From NCBI GenBank assembly GCA_964372825.1, contig CAYJTA010000001.1, forward strand, positions 1 to 48,795: DNA of 48,795 nt, in the 5' to 3' direction. Positions within the stretch are counted from its first letter, which is position 1; each line of letters opens with the position of its first letter. Of this stretch, positions 16,044-24,430 are shown piece by piece. The DNA is from an uncultured archaeon. GTDB taxonomy: Archaea; Aenigmatarchaeota; Aenigmatarchaeia; QMZP01. Below the pieces are notes generated by a model that worked only from the letters and a program-made list of their open reading frames with translations, was not told the origin of the DNA and searched no databases. Both the position numbers and the translations under genes were made by a program.

Positions 16044-16730
16044 ATGGACGCCAAGCAGATTCTGGACATGATTGTCAATGACTACCCGTGGGAGCAGGTG
16101 CTCTACAAGATAATAGCCGTTGAGGCCCTCGACCCCTGGGACATCGATATTAACGCCCTTACAGACTCCTTTTTAAGCCATATCAAGAGGCTTGAAATAC
16201 TCGATTTCAAGATACCCGCCAAATACGTGATAATAGCTGCCATCCTCATCAGGATGAAATCGGATCACCTCCACTTCCTCGAGCCCCAGCCTGAGATGCT
16301 GCCTGAAGACGGGCTCGAGATTGAAGGCAATGGCGGCTCCGGCGAGAAACTGGACATAGCAGCCTTCGACATACCCTCCAGAAGGAGGCCGGCAAGGAAG
16401 ATAATGGTCGAGGACCTTGTGAGGGCCCTCAAAAGAGCCATGACCACAGAGCAGAGGCGGTATACAAGGCTGACAAAGGCAACCTTCGAGATGAAGCTTT
16501 CAAGGGAGGACATATCCAAGAGGATCGAGAACCTCTACAAAAAGATAGACAGCCTCATGTCCAGGCTGCGGAAGGAAGAGGTCCAGTTCTCCACCATCGT
16601 GCCGAAATGGGAGAGGCAGGAGGTAGTGAATGCGTTCCTGCCCCTGATTTACCTCGATCATGAGAAGAAAGTGGCCTGCAGGCAGGAGAAGTTCTTCGAC
16701 GAGATATATGTCAAGAAAAGGGCAAACTGA
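16044..16730 (+). CDS. scpA: segregation and condensation protein A (kleisin ScpA)
   Basis: 228 aa. The N-terminal PWDIDINALTDSFLSHIKRLE...IPAKYVIIAAILIRMKSDHL pattern matches the ScpA family. The gene is followed by scpB. Confidence 0.8.
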   Translation: MDAKQILDMIVNDYPWEQVLYKIIAVEALDPWDIDINALTDSFLSHIKRLEILDFKIPAKYVIIAAILIRMKSDHLHFLEPQPEMLPEDGLEIEGNGGSGEKLDIAAFDIPSRRRPARKIMVEDLVRALKRAMTTEQRRYTRLTKATFEMKLSREDISKRIENLYKKIDSLMSRLRKEEVQFSTIVPKWERQEVVNAFLPLIYLDHEKKVACRQEKFFDEIYVKKRAN

Positions 16731-16855
16731 CGCCTTCAGAATCCTGATTTGCAATACCTATACGCGCTCTATAGCCAGCCTATAGTATCGATCCGCACCT
16801 CCCTTTTTACCAAAAAGCCGAAGGAATTTAACCCCCCTCAGCCCTATTATGTGAT

Positions 16856-17716
16856 ATGGAGAAGCAAGTCATAGAAGCGGCCCTCTTCATGGCCCCCAGG
16901 CCCCTGAAGGTGGAGGAGATAGGGAAAATAGCAGGCATCAACTCCCTTGGCTATGTGAAGCAAATTCTTGAGGAGCTTAAGAAGGATTACGGAGGACGGG
17001 GCATAGAGCTTGTCCAGACGCCTGAAGGATGGCAGTTGCAGGCCAGGCAAGACTTGCTTCCAAAAGTCGCCCACCTTTCCCCCTATGCAGACCTTTCCGA
17101 GGGCTGCAAGCGGACCCTGGCCCTTGTGGCATACAGGGAGCCCGTGAAGCAGGCAGAGATTATCCGCATACAGGGCAATAAGGCCTATTCCTATGTCAAG
17201 CAGCTCGAGAAGATGGGCCTGGTCAGGGGAACGGTGAAGGGCAACACGAAGATACTCGGGCTCACGAAGGAGTTCGACGCCTATTTCGGGGAGGAGAAGG
17301 AGAAGATAAAGGCCAGGCTAGCTTCAGCTTTCGAACAGTGGCAGCGGAAGGCCCAGCAGCAGAAGGCGGAAACGCATGCGAATGCCATAGGCGGCCTTCA
17401 GGAGGCCGAACATATGGCCGCGGCAGAAGAGGCAGAAAAACCGCATCTGTCTGTATCTGAAAGGACAGGGATAGAAGCTGCAGAACAGGGCAAAATGAGC
17501 GCTGAAGAGAAGAAGACAGGGGCAAATGAAGGGAAAGAAGGAAGCAAATTGCCTGCCCACAGGGTCATAACATCAGAAGGGGAGAAGAAAATAAAGTCTG
17601 TCACTGTTCCCTCAAAAGCAGAAGACAGGGGACTCCCTGCAGGAAAACCAAAGGAAAAGGCCAAAGCCAAATTCGAGAAGGAGAGCGAAGAGATGGACGA
17701 AGAGGAGTACATTTAG
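16856..17716 (+). CDS. scpB: segregation and condensation protein B (ScpB) with a long charged C-terminal tail
   Basis: VIEAALFMAPRPLKVEEIGKIAG... and TLALVAYREPVKQAEIIRIQG...YSYVKQLEKMGLV are the tandem winged-helix ScpB signature. About 120 extra Lys/Glu-rich residues follow. Confidence 0.8.
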   Translation: MEKQVIEAALFMAPRPLKVEEIGKIAGINSLGYVKQILEELKKDYGGRGIELVQTPEGWQLQARQDLLPKVAHLSPYADLSEGCKRTLALVAYREPVKQAEIIRIQGNKAYSYVKQLEKMGLVRGTVKGNTKILGLTKEFDAYFGEEKEKIKARLASAFEQWQRKAQQQKAETHANAIGGLQEAEHMAAAEEAEKPHLSVSERTGIEAAEQGKMSAEEKKTGANEGKEGSKLPAHRVITSEGEKKIKSVTVPSKAEDRGLPAGKPKEKAKAKFEKESEEMDEEEYI

Positions 17717-17756
17717 CTTTTCCCTTTTAAAACATCCCCTGCATATTTCTTACATT

Positions 17757-19412
17757 ATGCCTGAAGATAGCCTTTTCTGGGCCGACCAGATGGCCGCTGC
17801 CGTGAAGGATAGGGTGGCCAGGGACCCTGTTCTCCAGAAGATTGTCAGGGAAAAAGGCTATATCTGTTATGATGAGAAAACACCTTCAGGAAAAATTCAT
17901 ATAGGCTCTGGAAGGGGCTGGATAATCCATGACACAGTGGCCAAGGCCATGCGCCATGCCGGAATGAAGGCAAAGTTCATCCTCAGCTCTGACGACATGG
18001 ACCCTATGGATGCAATACCTGTAGGCCTTGACAGGAGGAAATTCCTGCCTCTCATGGGCATGCCTATGAAGGATGTCCCCAGCCCTGCGGACGGATACGC
18101 CTCATTCGCAGAATACTATTTCATGGACTCTGCCGAAAAATTCCCTGATTTCGGGATAGAGGTGATTCTGGAGAGGACATCCCGCCACTACGGGAACGGG
18201 GATTTCAATCCTTACATCAGGCTCGCCCTGGACAGCCATGAGAAAATCCAGAAGATATACCAGCAGATGTATGGAAAAGGGATAGGAAAGCTGCCTTTCA
18301 ATCCCATATGCGAGAAGTGCGGCAAAATCGGGACTACTGTGGCCTATGAGTGGGACAGGGAAAGGGAAGTGATAAAATACAGGTGCTCCCCTGACCTTGT
18401 CGACTGGGCCAGGGGCTGCGGCCATCGGGGAGAGGCATCCCCATACAACGGGAACGGCAAGCTGCCGTGGAAAGTCGAGTGGGCCGCAAAGTGGCCGACG
18501 GTTGGCGTAGTCTTTGAGACCGCAGGCAAGGACCACTTCTCGAAAGGGGGCGCAAGGGAAGTGGCCATAAGGATATCCTCTGAGATTTTCAATTATCCTC
18601 CCCCATACCCTTCGAGCAGGACCGAGATAGGAAAGGGATACGAGTTCTTCACTGTCGGAGGGGCCAAGATGTCCACGTCAAAGGGGATAGGGGTTGGGTT
18701 CAGGGAAATCTCAGACATCCTCTCCCCAAAGATACTGAGATACCTTCTGGTAAGGACAAGGCCCCATGCTGTTATTGATTTCGATCCATATGGAACCAAT
18801 AAGCTCCTGCTACTCTATGACTGCTACGACAGGACCGAAAGGATATATTTCGGGGCAGAGAAGGTTGAAAACAAAAAGGAAGAGATGCAGGAAAAAAGGA
18901 TATATGAGCTTTCATATGTAGGGAAGATGCCAGCAGCCCTCCCGCCCCAGATACCTCTGGCATTCGCCTCAATGGTTGTCCAGACAACAAATTTCGACAT
19001 ACACAATGCTGTCCAGAAGATTTGGCAGATGAAAGGAATGGGAAAGCCCGGTAACAATGAGAAATCATATCTGGAAGAAAGGCTGAATGACGCTGCCAGC
19101 TGGGTGAGGAAATTTGCGCCCGAGCAGTACAGGTTTTCTTTGAGAGAAAGGGTAGAGAAGCTGCATCTGGAAGCCGGTTTAAGAAATGCGCTCGGAGACC
19201 TGTTCCATGTACTGAAGACATTCTCTGATGAAAAAGAACTGGAAGAAAACATCTACGAAATCATAAAAAAGAACAATGTCGAGGCCAGGGAATTCTTCAG
19301 GGCCTGCTACACGATTCTCATAGGGAAGGACCACGGGCCGAAGCTGGCCCAGTTCATGCTTTTTGCAGGGAAGGACAGGATTGTCAAGCTTCTACAGCAG
19401 GCTATTTCCTGA
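17757..19412 (+). CDS. lysK: lysyl-tRNA synthetase, class I
   Basis: 551 aa. Motifs FWADQMA, TPSGKIHIGSGRG (HIGH-type), SSDDMDPMD, and GAKMSTSKG (KMSKS-type). Overall layout matches archaeal class I LysRS. Confidence 0.85.
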   Translation: MPEDSLFWADQMAAAVKDRVARDPVLQKIVREKGYICYDEKTPSGKIHIGSGRGWIIHDTVAKAMRHAGMKAKFILSSDDMDPMDAIPVGLDRRKFLPLMGMPMKDVPSPADGYASFAEYYFMDSAEKFPDFGIEVILERTSRHYGNGDFNPYIRLALDSHEKIQKIYQQMYGKGIGKLPFNPICEKCGKIGTTVAYEWDREREVIKYRCSPDLVDWARGCGHRGEASPYNGNGKLPWKVEWAAKWPTVGVVFETAGKDHFSKGGAREVAIRISSEIFNYPPPYPSSRTEIGKGYEFFTVGGAKMSTSKGIGVGFREISDILSPKILRYLLVRTRPHAVIDFDPYGTNKLLLLYDCYDRTERIYFGAEKVENKKEEMQEKRIYELSYVGKMPAALPPQIPLAFASMVVQTTNFDIHNAVQKIWQMKGMGKPGNNEKSYLEERLNDAASWVRKFAPEQYRFSLRERVEKLHLEAGLRNALGDLFHVLKTFSDEKELEENIYEIIKKNNVEAREFFRACYTILIGKDHGPKLAQFMLFAGKDRIVKLLQQAIS

Positions 19413-19481
19413 TAGCTTTGCATCCTGTTTTCGCACAGGGGCGCAGGCCAAGCTTAAATATATCTGATACATGATGTAGCC

Positions 19482-20282
19482 ATGACAGGCGTACATGGAG
19501 GCATAAGGGCCAAATTGTCAAGGAACTCCGACATCCTTATAGCAATTGTAGCAGGCCTCGCTATCGTTTCAGTAATCGTAATATATCTCCTCAATATTCC
19601 CTATTCCCCCCCGGCTGCGGAAAAAGCTGCGCCTGCACTTCAGCCGGCCAGAACGGACAACGACAGCCTCGTCCTGGATAATGGCACAAGGCTCATAAGG
19701 GTTATTGAGAACAATACATATTCAGTGGATATCGAATATACTTCTGATGGCAGGCAATACAGATACATCTTCTTCCCAGAGCTCGTGCCTGCCCTAGAGT
19801 GGCTGAAGAACAACACAAGGCCGGATGATACAGTTACAAGCTGGTGGGACTACGGCCACACCATAAGGGGCTATTCGGACAGGAAGGCCCTGGCCTATGC
19901 GCCATCCAAGAGCATACTGTTCAGCGTTGCCGATTATGCTGTTACAGTAAAATGGGATGCGCAAGCAGCAGGGGAGCTTGAGGAAGACAGGAAAATATAC
20001 GACATTGCCTCAATCCTTTCTTCAAGTGATTATTCAAGATCAAGGGAGCTGATGAAAAAACACAATTCGAAATACATACTCATTTCATCATCCGACGTCT
20101 CCAAGACATGGATCATGTACAACGTGACAAGCACGTCATATGAGATCGTCAATACCAGCATGGGACCGATAGCAGTCAACTCCACAAGCCTCATCTTCCA
20201 GATCCTCAATCTTTCCAAAATAGACGGCTTCGAGCTGGCATTTACAGACAACAGGAACGCTGCGATATACAGGGTTGTGTGA
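19482..20282 (+). CDS. single-TM protein resembling the C-terminal globular domain of oligosaccharyltransferase AglB/STT3 (WWDYG motif)
   Basis: ALEWLKNNTRPDDTVTSWWDYGHTIRGYSDRKALAY carries the STT3/AglB WWDYG signature in its usual context. The protein ends AAIYRVV, like STT3 C-termini. It has one N-terminal TM and only 266 aa. Confidence 0.7.
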   Translation: MTGVHGGIRAKLSRNSDILIAIVAGLAIVSVIVIYLLNIPYSPPAAEKAAPALQPARTDNDSLVLDNGTRLIRVIENNTYSVDIEYTSDGRQYRYIFFPELVPALEWLKNNTRPDDTVTSWWDYGHTIRGYSDRKALAYAPSKSILFSVADYAVTVKWDAQAAGELEEDRKIYDIASILSSSDYSRSRELMKKHNSKYILISSSDVSKTWIMYNVTSTSYEIVNTSMGPIAVNSTSLIFQILNLSKIDGFELAFTDNRNAAIYRVV

Positions 20283-20590
20283 CGCGATGGTATAGGATAT
20301 AGATTACTGAAACAGGGCATACCATTTGTTGCTACAGGCGCTGCCGGAACTGGGGCAGCACTTGGTGCAGAGGCATCTGGTGTGACAGATTGGATGGTTA
20401 ATATTAATGAATATTATATCTCACTGTTTGGGCAATGGGCAAAAAATTTAGGGGAAAGCCTGAGGCCGGCATTCCATTATTTGACAGATATTGGTCTTGG
20501 CGGAGCAGCAGCATATCTGGCTTATTCGGCTTCCAGAAAATATCTGGAATAAAATCTCATCGAGGATCTCAGACGGCAGTAATCAGATGC

Positions 20591-21862
20591 CTATTGTTTT
20601 AACCCGTATTGCCCTTTGTTTCCAAGCATCTCCTCTATCCTCAGAAGCTGGTTGTATTTGGCCGTTCTCTCGCCTCTTGCCGGTGCGCCTGTCTTTATCT
20701 GGCCAGCATTCCAGCCCACGGCCAGATCAGCTATGAAGCTGTCCTCCGTCTCCCCGGAGCGGTGGCTTATGACCACATTCCAGCCTGCTTTTTTTGCCAT
20801 CCTGAAGGCCTCCACGGCTTCTGTTATGGTTCCTATCTGGTTGAGTTTGAGGAGCAAGGCATTTGCTGCCATCATATCTATTCCTCTCGAAAGCCTCTTT
20901 ACATTTGTGACAAAAATGTCATCCCCTACAATCTGTATCTTCCTTCCTATGGCCTCTGTAACCTTTCCAAACCCGTCAAAATCCTCCTCATGAAGAGGAT
21001 CCTCTATGGAAGCAATGGGATATTCCTCGCATAGCTTCTCATAAAAGGAGGCCATATCTTCCGGCACAATTTTCTTGCCGTCAATATGGTAAAGCCCCTC
21101 TTTGAAGAAGCTGCTTGCTGCCGCATCCAGTCCCAGACTGATTTCTTTTGGGCCGTAGCCTGCAATTTCAATGGCCTTCATTATTGCACCTAATGCCTGC
21201 CTTGTGTCAGACATTGGGGGCGCAAATCCTCCTTCATCACCCACATTTATCGCGCCTTTCCCGTGTTTTTCTTTGAGATATCCCTTGAGGCTGTGATAGA
21301 TTTCCGATCCGGCCTTCAGAGCCTCTGAAAAGTTTTTCATGCCGGAGGGCATTATCATGAACTCCTGTATCGCAAGGCCGTTTCCCGCATGCATGCCGCC
21401 GTTTATGATGTTTATCATGGGGACAGGCAGTATGATGGCCTTTCCTTTATTCATTTCAGCAAGATGCTGGAACAACTCACGTCCAAGGCCTGCTGCAGCG
21501 CATCTCGCATTCGCCATGGAAACGGCAAGGATCGCATTTGCGCCTAAATTGGATTTGTTTTGCGTCCCATCGGTTTCTATCATTTTTTTATCCACTTCTT
21601 ACTGCCTTCTGGAATCCGTTCCAATCAAGAGTTTCGAAATCCTTGAATTCACATTCATGACAGCATTCCTTACACCTTTCCCATGGAATTCCTTTGTCCC
21701 GTCTCTCATTTCCAAAGCCTCATGCGTGCCTGTGCTCGCTCCTGACGGGACCATCGCTCTTCCTGAGCCTTTCCCTGAATAGACTTCGGCCTCGACAGTA
21801 GGCGTGCTTCTGGAATCAAGCACCTGCCTTCCGTGGACCTTGGTTATCCCGAATCCTTCCAT
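20591..21862 (-). pseudogene. eno: enolase interrupted by a single in-frame TAA (track position 21599-21601); alternatively a split gene
   Basis: The N-terminal piece (21599..21862) has [14 protein letters not shown] and [13 protein letters not shown]. The C-terminal piece (20591..21595) has [27 protein letters not shown] and [10 protein letters not shown]. Both are in the same frame, reading ...SRRQ-TAA-E-V(GTG)DKKMIETDG. Confidence 0.88.
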
Positions 21863-21933
21863 AATATCAATCTATTTTACGGTATAAAATACTTGTTGTT
21901 CTTTTGTAATTCCATTCCATTTGGAAAAGCTTC

Positions 21934-22869
21934 TCATCTCAGCATGCTTCGAATGAAAAGAAAAGCATTCGACGGCCTTTCAGCCAGCCTGCGCATGACA
22001 TATGGGAACCAGTCCTCTCCATAGCTGAGATACATCCTTGCCGGGCGGCCCTTCTGTGCGAGCCTTTGAAGCTCTTCCGTTCTGATGCCGTGAAGCATCT
22101 GGAATCCGTATTTTTCTTCCGGGATCTCCATGTGGTCTATGATCCACTCAGCATGTCTGATCAGTTCTGCGTCATGTGTGGCTATTGCAGTCCGGTAGCT
22201 GCCTGATTTCGACTGATAGAGGGCCATATCCAATATCCTTCTGAAGGCCCTGTCTATCTCAGCCCTTTCGGTTATGAAATATTCAGGATCGCTGTAGGCG
22301 CCCTTGACAAGCCTTATGTTGCCGTTCTCTCTAAGGAGCATTTCAGCATGCTCTTCAGCCTTTTTGTCATTGGCCTGCAAAGCAACGATGATGGGAGGAT
22401 ACTGTTCATGAAATTCCAGATACAGGTCAATGGTATAATCAGTAAGTTCACCGCCCTCCATATCCATTTCAACATTCACTCCCTTTTCCTTTGCATATCC
22501 TACTATCCTCTTCAGGTTGTCATGGCAGATGATTGGTCCATTGCCTTCGATATCATATCCCAAATGCGAGGGCTTTACCGAAATATCTCCATTGATCCCC
22601 TCTTCTGCAATTGTGCTGATTATCCGGATAGTTTCTTCAGCCTCCTTCTCAACCCTTTCTTTCAGGTCTTCGCCCACATGAGATATGCTGCTCGCTATTC
22701 CATATTGCTCATATTCTCTCGCCACCTCCACGGCATTTCCAAGGGATTCGCCGGCAAGGAACTTCTTGGTAAGGCCGGAAAAGACTCTTTTGCCCACAGG
22801 GCTTCTGGTGAACCGATTGGGCCATTTTCTTTTCGACATCCAGTAAAATCCGCTGCCTATGGGGCCCAT
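21934..22869 (-). CDS. proline dehydrogenase family protein
   Basis: 311 aa. VKPSHLG, IRLVKGAY, IATHD, FQMLHGI, YLSYGEDWFPYVMRRLAERP follow the order of the Pro_dh (PutA-type TIM barrel) motifs. Confidence 0.75.
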   Translation of the reverse strand: MGPIGSGFYWMSKRKWPNRFTRSPVGKRVFSGLTKKFLAGESLGNAVEVAREYEQYGIASSISHVGEDLKERVEKEAEETIRIISTIAEEGINGDISVKPSHLGYDIEGNGPIICHDNLKRIVGYAKEKGVNVEMDMEGGELTDYTIDLYLEFHEQYPPIIVALQANDKKAEEHAEMLLRENGNIRLVKGAYSDPEYFITERAEIDRAFRRILDMALYQSKSGSYRTAIATHDAELIRHAEWIIDHMEIPEEKYGFQMLHGIRTEELQRLAQKGRPARMYLSYGEDWFPYVMRRLAERPSNAFLFIRSMLR

Positions 22870-22955
22870 AATCTCTTAAATAATATTCAGGGCAGAATTT
22901 TTATTGGAAAACAAAACCGTAGCTCACAGGTGCTCTGCAGAAGCCTAATGCATTT

Positions 22956-23663
22956 CTAAAATATCTTGAACTTGGAAGGCTCTATCCCCTTCTCCACAAT
23001 CACGAACTTGGCCTCTTTCCCTTCCTCCATAAACCTGTGCTTTGTTATTGTGGCCTTCCTTTCCGACAGCTTCTCAGTCTTCTCAAGGAAGATTATGGCC
23101 TTGCTCCAGTATTTCAGAACATCGCCTCCAATCATTTCATTCTCCCCTGTCTCCCAGTTCTTGAACGTGTGCGCAGTCATTATAACCGGTATCTTCCTCT
23201 GCCTGGCCATATTGGACAGCACGGAAAGCTGCCTGCTGAGCTCCCTGTTAGCTTCAAGAAGCTCCTCCCTGCTCTGCCTGCCTTTTTCAGGATCATTCCC
23301 GAGCCTGTACAGGGAAACAATGGAGTCAACAATTATGAGATCCGCATTTTTTTCCTGCAGCTGCTGTATGCATTTCCTCTGCTCTTCAAAAGTCTTTGGC
23401 TCCACAATTTCAATATTCTTGACAGCAGAATCGAAATCAATATCATTTCCTTTGCATATCTGCTGGAGCCTTTCCACGCTAAAGCCGCCCTCTGTATCAA
23501 TATAAACCGCTTTTCCTTTATTCTTCACACACTCCAAGACAGCGAGCAAACACAGATTAGTTTTCCCTGTCCCGGGCCCCCCATAGAAATTGGTCAAAGC
23601 CCCGCTCTCGAGGCCGCTGCTGCCGAACATGCCGCCTACGGGTTCAGGGAACGTAATGGCCAT
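22956..23663 (-). CDS. radB: RadB-type RecA-family recombination protein (no N-terminal HhH domain)
   Basis: 235 aa. Motifs GLESGALTNFYGGPGTGKTNLCL (Walker A), AVYIDTEGGFSVERL, and LIIVDSIVSLYR (Walker B region). Size is typical of RadB rather than RadA. Confidence 0.75.
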   Translation of the reverse strand: MAITFPEPVGGMFGSSGLESGALTNFYGGPGTGKTNLCLLAVLECVKNKGKAVYIDTEGGFSVERLQQICKGNDIDFDSAVKNIEIVEPKTFEEQRKCIQQLQEKNADLIIVDSIVSLYRLGNDPEKGRQSREELLEANRELSRQLSVLSNMARQRKIPVIMTAHTFKNWETGENEMIGGDVLKYWSKAIIFLEKTEKLSERKATITKHRFMEEGKEAKFVIVEKGIEPSKFKIF

Positions 23664-23686
23664 GATTAGATTATGGAGGCTGTATT

Positions 23687-23734
23687 TTAACCCTTTTCCG
23701 CATTTAAACTTGGAAAAAGCGTTAACGGAAAACG
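23687..23734 (-). repeat. third, partial and inverted copy of the 3' half of the 106-bp repeat, sitting in the radB promoter region
   Basis: Read on the minus strand: CGTTTTCCGTTAACGCTTTTTCCAAGTTTAAATGCGGAAAAGGGTTAA. It shares TTTTCCGTTAACGCTTTTT, a spacer of about 12 nt containing a TATA-like element, and GGAAAAGGGTTA with copies A and B. Confidence 0.7.
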
Positions 23735-23929
23735 GCCATTAAGTCGCCTATCCACTCCTTCATTTGCAACAGTAAGGATATATAAGCCTGCGCATCACTA
23801 TATTCAACCGGTGATGGTGATGCCATTCCAATATGCCCAGCAGGTGAGGCTCTTTGCCAGAGCGGGAAGGGGAATAGCCCAGATCTAGAGAGCCTTATAG
23901 CTGTTATATGGCTTCTGGCCCATCACTCT

Positions 23930-24190
23930 TTGGCAGAAAAGCAATGGCTGATTCTCAGAGAGCTTGCAGTTGCTGATGGAAGATTTTCAATAACAAGATT
24001 TGTAAACAGCCTTTCCTCAGGAAAAGACATATCAAGGTCAAGCCTTTGGTCTAGTGTGAGGCAACTCAAAATGTTCAATTTGATCGATACCTTTCCCCAT
24101 GCAAGGCTTACAGATATGGGCAGGCTTCTTGTAGAAATGGAGGTGCAGCATGAGAGAAGACAGAGTCAGATATCTGCAGGAATTGTCTGA
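23930..24190 (+). CDS. possible winged-helix DNA-binding protein; start codon uncertain (TTG)
   Basis: 86-aa ORF. WLILRELAVADGRFSITRFVNSLSSGKDISRSSLWSSVRQLKMFNLI looks like an HTH plus wing. The frame is open a further 42 codons upstream without an ATG or GTG. Confidence 0.35.
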   Translation: MAEKQWLILRELAVADGRFSITRFVNSLSSGKDISRSSLWSSVRQLKMFNLIDTFPHARLTDMGRLLVEMEVQHERRQSQISAGIV

Positions 24191-24428
24191 TGATATGGGC
24201 GCCTACATAAGGCCCGAATGGGTTCTGGAAGAAGGGAAGAGAACAGATTACATAACAGAGGACAGAATAAAGATGGAAATATCGCAACTTTTGGGCAGGC
24301 TGTCACAGGATTTCGGCGCTATGATAGTTGATCTATGGACAAACAACAATGATGCTGAATACAGAAACACTCATAAAGGCATGAGGGGAATGGATGTGAG
24401 GATATTAATCAGATACCCAGAAAAGTAA
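24150..24428 (+). CDS. hypothetical protein
   Basis: 92-aa ORF overlapping the previous ORF by 41 nt and ending 2 nt before tyrS. Confidence 0.4.
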   Translation: MREDRVRYLQELSDDMGAYIRPEWVLEEGKRTDYITEDRIKMEISQLLGRLSQDFGAMIVDLWTNNNDAEYRNTHKGMRGMDVRILIRYPEK

Positions 24429-24430
24429 TT

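Noticed and set aside
5593-19412. Functional linkage between the class I LysRS gene and the two tRNA-Lys genes in the same window.
   Set aside because: They are 5-12 kb apart, on different strands and separated by unrelated genes. The co-occurrence is most likely coincidental.
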